From Gammaproteobacteria bacterium (GTDB lineage: Bacteria > Pseudomonadota > Gammaproteobacteria > Eutrophobiales > Eutrophobiaceae), in the NCBI GenBank assembly GCA_965221695.1, contig OZ244905.1:3104001-3168000 (forward strand): DNA of 64,000 nucleotides, written 5' to 3'. This document shows, piece by piece, positions 61,882 through 64,000 of this stretch. Position 1 is the first letter of the stretch. Every line of letters starts with the position of its first letter. Below the pieces are notes generated by a model. The model was not told the origin of the DNA. It saw only the letters and a program-made list of their open reading frames with translations, and ran no database searches. The position numbers were made by a program, and so were the translations under genes.

Positions 61882-62601
61882 ATGCGATCCAAGTGGCTGC
61901 TGATACTAACCGTTTTCCTGTTTTCTGCCGGTATAAATGCCGATCAGGACCGGGAAGACTTGCTGCGCAAGGCTATTACTGATGTGTTCCCTGATGTGAC
62001 CATCACCCGCATCAAACCGTCGCCGATACCCGGGCTGTATGAAGTCATGCTGGGCACGGAAATAATTTACCTGAGTGAAGACGGTCGCTATATCTTGCAG
62101 GGGGACCTGATTGACCTGGGAAAGCGAGTCAACCTGAGTGAAGAGCAACGCGCCGCGGCCAGGAAACGGGTATTAGCCGGCATCCCTGCATCCGAGACCA
62201 TAGATTTTGTTCCCGAAAACATCCGGCATACGGTATATGTGTTTACCGACATAACCTGCGGCTACTGCCAGCGTTTCCACCGCGACATGGCCGAGTTGAA
62301 CGGCAAGGGTATTGCCGTCAGGTACCTGGCCTTCCCGCGTGCCGGGAGCGGTTCGGACTCTTTCAGCGAGATGGAATCGGTCTGGTGTGCGGCAAACCCG
62401 AATGAAGCAATGACCCTGGCCAAGGGCGGCCGGCCGGTGGCGCCGGCGCATTGCGATAACCCGGTGCAGCGCCAATATGAACTGGGCCAGGGCCTGGGCG
62501 TGCGCGGAACGCCTGCGATCTACCTGGAAAACGGCCAGGCGCTGCCCGGTTACGTCCCGCCTGACACGTTGCTGGAAGCGCTCACCAGCTACGCAGGTTG
62601 A
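61882..62601 (+). CDS. dsbC: Thiol:disulfide isomerase DsbC
   Basis: FTDITCGYC, YLAFPRAG, GVRGTP; AGGAG RBS before ATG 61882. Confidence 0.95.
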   Translation: MRSKWLLILTVFLFSAGINADQDREDLLRKAITDVFPDVTITRIKPSPIPGLYEVMLGTEIIYLSEDGRYILQGDLIDLGKRVNLSEEQRAAARKRVLAGIPASETIDFVPENIRHTVYVFTDITCGYCQRFHRDMAELNGKGIAVRYLAFPRAGSGSDSFSEMESVWCAANPNEAMTLAKGGRPVAPAHCDNPVQRQYELGQGLGVRGTPAIYLENGQALPGYVPPDTLLEALTSYAG

Positions 62602-62628
62602 TACCCCCTATATCGCGCCAGGCACACC

Positions 62629-62682
62629 CCTTGGAGCGCGGGCGTCCCGCCCGCAGGCAGGCGAGACGCCTGCGATCCCAGG
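62629..62682. repeat. REP-like doublet
   Basis: GGAGCGCGGGCGTCCCGCCCGC and inverted GCAGGCGAGACGCCTGCGATCCC between convergent genes. Confidence 0.6.
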
Positions 62683-62709
62683 TTGTCGGCGTGGTTATCG
62701 GACGCAGTA

Positions 62710-63462
62710 CTAATTCTGCAGCTCTCCCTGAAGTGATTTGAGCACTGCCACGGTAGCGCTGCCGTCTTTTTCGGTATGCTCGACCTTCACCTGTAAGAAC
62801 GCCAGGTCGGGCGCGCACCAGAATACGGATTTGCGGCTGCTGCCGGGTTTGTGCCGGCGCATTTTTATCGTGTTGAAGTTGCCCAGTGGCGTTTCCACGA
62901 CTTCCTCGCCCAGTTTCTCGAAATTGTAGGTTCTGATACCACCTCCGTCGGCGATGCGGTAGGAGGCAGGGATGCGCCCGTTTTGCAGGTCGTACATGAT
63001 GGCAAGCTGGTAGAGCAGTTTGTCCATCACTTCAGGCTCCAATGGCAGGCGCCAGAAATCGCCGTTGATAGTGTGTTTTATATTGCCGGTTTCGCGATTG
63101 AACTCTATGGAGACCACGCGTTTTTTTCTGTAGCCGGTGCGCGCGTAGCTATAGTAAATCGGTTGCAACTTGCGTTGTTCCAGCGCCAGGCGGCTGGATT
63201 CGACGATATGCAGCTTCTTGAACAACGAGATCAGTCCCACCGTTTTCGTCTCGGAATGGTACTCATAGCTGTTGTCATCCAATCGGGTCAGGCTGCGCAC
63301 GACCTTTGCGGCTCGGGTATTTTTCGCATACAGGGAATATTCCGCCCGGAAGGTAAGCAGGCCGCCGGTGGATTCCGCGCGCGCAAGCTGAGAAGCGAGA
63401 GGCAGGCAGATACACAATACCGTTGTGAATAAGCGGGTAACGCCTGTATAGTTAACCCGCAT
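62710..63462 (-). CDS. DUF3108-like exported protein
   Basis: Signal peptide, GEE.VETPLG.F.T, W.APDL..L.VK; start approximate. Confidence 0.7.
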   Translation of the reverse strand: MRVNYTGVTRLFTTVLCICLPLASQLARAESTGGLLTFRAEYSLYAKNTRAAKVVRSLTRLDDNSYEYHSETKTVGLISLFKKLHIVESSRLALEQRKLQPIYYSYARTGYRKKRVVSIEFNRETGNIKHTINGDFWRLPLEPEVMDKLLYQLAIMYDLQNGRIPASYRIADGGGIRTYNFEKLGEEVVETPLGNFNTIKMRRHKPGSSRKSVFWCAPDLAFLQVKVEHTEKDGSATVAVLKSLQGELQN

Positions 63463-63661
63463 ACCTGATTGCCGATTGATGCGAAGATTGCGCCGGAATT
63501 TTCCCGCCGGCGGGGAAAAAACAGGCGAGAGCATTGAGTGCAGTGTGCGATGGTAACATGAGAACCAGAATACCATAACTCACAGAGAGCAAACATCTAC
63601 CCGACGACAGCAAACAGGTTGGTGAATAAGTTGACAGTTACAGGCGGGGACTTTTCGGGAC

Positions 63662-64000
63662 ATGCGGACGGTGCGTAAAATTTTTTCTCCACGGGAACAC
63701 GCGACTATCCTGGTGGCAGGCGATGTGATGCTGGATCGCTATGTGTTCGGCAACGCCGGGCGGATTTCGCCGGAAGCGCCGGTACCGGTGGTCAGTGTGC
63801 ACAGGGTCGAGGAACGGCCGGGGGGCGCGGCCAACGTGGCTGCAAATATCAGTTCCCTGGGCGTTAAGGTCAGCCTCGCTGGCATTACCGGGGATGATGA
63901 GCAGGCCGGGATCCTGGAGTCGGCATTGGCGGAACTTGACGTCTGCTACCGTTGTGATCGTCTGGCCGGCATTTCCACGATCACCAAACTCCGGGTTTTA
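63662..64000 (+). CDS. hldE: D-glycero-beta-D-manno-heptose-7-phosphate kinase (partial)
   Basis: Hand translation [13 protein letters not shown]...[11 protein letters not shown]...[11 protein letters not shown]...TITKLRV; runs off the right edge. Confidence 0.92.
   Translation, partial: MRTVRKIFSPREHATILVAGDVMLDRYVFGNAGRISPEAPVPVVSVHRVEERPGGAANVAANISSLGVKVSLAGITGDDEQAGILESALAELDVCYRCDRLAGISTITKLRVL

Overview
A GC-rich gammaproteobacterial chromosome segment, mostly core genes: fccBA, phoX, aroG, hinT, pdxH, tRNA-Ile2, rpoD-dnaG-yqeY-rpsU, tsaD/plsY, folBK, uppP, cca, hemH, grxD, argDF, surE-pcm-nlpD-rpoS, adk-mrcB, tRNA-fMet-rimP-nusA-infB-rbfA-truB-rpsO-pnp, metA, rpsP-rimM-trmD-rplS, xerD-dsbC and hldE. 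A ~13 kb integrase-less defence island lies between plsY and folB. It carries a 5'-truncated WYL regulator, a type I R-M system, a Dsr1-like sirtuin, hipBA, IS5/IS1380/IS21 scraps and a tRNA-Ser 3' remnant. The least explained signal is non-coding. A 151-bp five-hairpin element occurs twice, with compensatory base-pair changes and CsrA/RsmA-type GGA loops. Its terminal hairpin also occurs alone as 27/29-bp micro-elements, some with 4-bp duplications, and a second, IS1380-end-like micro-repeat family sits at gene starts and stops. Also notable are a PQQ dehydrogenase lacking canonical metal and catalytic residues and an in-frame collapsed IorB mini-gene. All calls are by eye from motifs and synteny; no database searches were run.
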